From Candidatus Hadarchaeota archaeon (GTDB lineage Archaea > CAYQAE01 > CAYVLA01): a stretch of DNA of 27,240 bases. A model generated the notes under the pieces. It had not been told where the DNA came from and made no database searches. It saw only the letters and a list, made by a program, of their open reading frames with translations. Numbering within the stretch: position 1 is the first letter of the stretch; each line of letters starts with the position of its first letter. Below are positions 25,545 to 27,240 of this stretch, one piece after another. The DNA lies in NCBI GenBank assembly GCA_964452145.1, contig CAYVLA010000039.1, forward strand, positions 1-27,240, read 5' to 3'. The position numbers and the translations under genes were made by a program.

Positions 25545-27008
25545 ATGAAGAGAATGGCTGGGGCCATTGATATCGGTTCAGGCAGACAGCTCTTCTTGGA
25601 CGACTGGCTCATCCAAAGCAGAGAAGGAGTATCGTTAACAGTAAACAGGCCCGCCAAAACGGGGGAGCTTCTCCTGACGGCGGACAAAGCCTGGGAGGCC
25701 TCGCACCTTGGAGCATACAAGACGATCCTTGACGACGGCGGACTCTACAGGCTCTGGTACGATGCCTCGACCAGCCTCGCTGAGAAGGGGCTCATTCTTT
25801 GCTACGCATATTCGGTTGATCGTGGCAAGACCTGGGTCAAGCCCAATCTGGGATTGGTTGATTTCGGGGGATCATCCCAGAACAACATCGTTTACGCCCC
25901 GCCCGGACACCCGTACGGCCAGTGCCACGGCCCAACAGTCCATAAGGATCCCAATGAACCCGAGGGAAGCCCGAAGAAGTACAAGATGTTCTATTGGATG
26001 GATAGGCACGAGGAAAGCGCGAGGATGTCAGACACCATTCGCAAGACAAACGCCGGCAGGGAAAGGCGGGACCAATTCGCTCCCGATCACACCCGCTCCC
26101 CTCGCCAGTGTATGGGGTTTGCCTTCTCACCTGACGGCCTCAGATGGACTCCCTGGGACCGGAACCCGGTGATGCGTAACTTCGGCGACACGCAGAACGT
26201 CTTCTTCTGGGACGACCAGAGGCAGAAGTACGTCGCATACACCCGGGTTTGGGATCCATGGCGGAAGGTGGGACGATCGGAAACGAGCGACCTAGCCCGT
26301 TGGCCGGACCCAGAGGTAATTGTGGGCTACGATGAGAAGGACCCGGAGAACACCGATCTGTACAACAACGCGTGCATCAAGTATCCCTATGCCCAGAATG
26401 CCTACTTCATGTTTCCAAGCGTCTTCCACAGGGAGCAGGGTGAGAGGCACCGGAACGGGACGCTGGACATTCAGCTGGCGGTGAGCAGGGATGGCATCCT
26501 CTGGGATCGGCCAAGTCGGGAACCGTTCATAAGGCTGGGTCTGGAAGGGTCCTTTGACAGCCAGAGCATCTACGTGGCGGCGGGATTGACCAGGGAGGGC
26601 GACCAGCTCTCGATATACTACACCGGGTATGACACACACCATGGCGAGCTAAGGCCCAACAGTGGAGTGATGAGCCGAGCGATCATGCGTGTGGATGGTT
26701 TCATGTCTGCGGATGCTGGCTACAGAGGTGGATTTCTAGTGACGAAGCCCATTGTGTTCTCGGGAGGTAGACTGGAACTGAACTTCGATGCCAGTGCCGG
26801 GGGTGAGGTTCGCGCCGAAATCCAGAAACCAGACGGCGAGCCGATTCCCGGGTACGCGCTGGAGGACGCCAAACCGATGAAGGGCAACTCCATCTGTCGA
26901 CGTGCTTCCTGGAGCGGTGACACGGCCCTATCCGAACTGGCAGGGACTGCGGTCTCCATCAGATTCCAGATGAGGGACGCTAAGCTGTACGCCTTCGGGT
27001 TCAGATAG
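25545..27008 (+). CDS. Putative five-bladed beta-propeller glycoside hydrolase, paralog of 10761..12260
   Basis: RQLFLDDWLI, YRLWY, LCYAYSVDRGKTWVKPNLG, NNIV, KDPN...KYKM, FSPDGLRW, DTQN, ETSDLARW, VSRDGILW, GSFD, RVDGFMS, AEIQKPDGEPIPGY. Start moved from 25380 to 25545 (or 25554). Confidence 0.8.
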   Translation: MKRMAGAIDIGSGRQLFLDDWLIQSREGVSLTVNRPAKTGELLLTADKAWEASHLGAYKTILDDGGLYRLWYDASTSLAEKGLILCYAYSVDRGKTWVKPNLGLVDFGGSSQNNIVYAPPGHPYGQCHGPTVHKDPNEPEGSPKKYKMFYWMDRHEESARMSDTIRKTNAGRERRDQFAPDHTRSPRQCMGFAFSPDGLRWTPWDRNPVMRNFGDTQNVFFWDDQRQKYVAYTRVWDPWRKVGRSETSDLARWPDPEVIVGYDEKDPENTDLYNNACIKYPYAQNAYFMFPSVFHREQGERHRNGTLDIQLAVSRDGILWDRPSREPFIRLGLEGSFDSQSIYVAAGLTREGDQLSIYYTGYDTHHGELRPNSGVMSRAIMRVDGFMSADAGYRGGFLVTKPIVFSGGRLELNFDASAGGEVRAEIQKPDGEPIPGYALEDAKPMKGNSICRRASWSGDTALSELAGTAVSIRFQMRDAKLYAFGFR

Positions 27009-27079
27009 ACCTCTGATCCAACGCGCCTTTTCGCCCCCCATGGAATGCTCCGGGCGATGTGCCATGTGTGACTGGCCGA

Positions 27080-27238
27080 TCAGCAGCCCTTGATGTGCTC
27101 GACGGACAGTCTACAGAAGCCGATGTTACCTCCCCTTGAAGCGTAGGCGATCGACACTCCCTCAGGGCTAGCCACGGCAGAAGGGTGGTACTGGCTCATG
27201 GAGGGCATCCCATCTGTCCCACTCTCCAGGACATATGT
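27080..27238 (-). CDS. 3' end of a protein entering from the right edge, possibly the last blade of a sialidase/BNR-type propeller (partial)
   Basis: Open minus frame TYVLESGTDGMPSMSQYHPSAVASPEGVSIAYASRGGNIGFCRLSVEHIKGC-stop. The Y(H)PS...G.SIAY...NI.F pattern resembles sialidase-like C-termini. Confidence 0.55.
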   Translation of the reverse strand, partial: TYVLESGTDGMPSMSQYHPSAVASPEGVSIAYASRGGNIGFCRLSVEHIKGC

Positions 27239-27240
27239 GA

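Noticed and set aside
1..27240. CRISPR array, tRNA, rRNA, transposase/integrase, selenocysteine/pyrrolysine read-through or programmed frameshift
   Set aside because: No regularly spaced repeats, cloverleafs or recombinase motifs seen, and the recognised genes look full length without internal stops.

Overview
GC-rich (~60% by eye), gene-dense window with no rRNA, tRNA, CRISPR or mobile element. It is dominated by glycan and sugar-acid catabolism genes: a GH29 alpha-L-fucosidase, a large beta-helix (GH141-like) protein with a CBM-like module, an alpha/alpha-barrel protein, two paralogous beta-propeller proteins, an FGE/SUMF1-BNR(sialidase-like)-MORN fusion, and a Fe-ADH / PdxA2 / DUF1537-kinase run. 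It also carries two URO-D-superfamily proteins, an FAD oxidoreductase, a Zn-MDR dehydrogenase, a group II PLP decarboxylase, an alpha/beta hydrolase and a MEDS sensor. AT-rich TATA-like boxes about 20-45 nt before most starts, GGTG(A)-type RBSs and the MEDS/V4R-like/Roadblock-like protein suggest an archaeon (inference, not proven). Strongest leads: (1) two unrelated secreted enzymes, plus the truncated ORF at the left edge, share a C-terminal helical stalk followed by a membrane anchor, a candidate lineage-specific surface-display/sorting module; (2) a MEDS-V4R-like-Roadblock-like fusion; (3) a ~110-nt multi-helix inverted repeat in a divergent intergenic region. All family calls come from motif recognition by eye, without database searches. 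Several start codons were moved downstream of the ORF-track starts.
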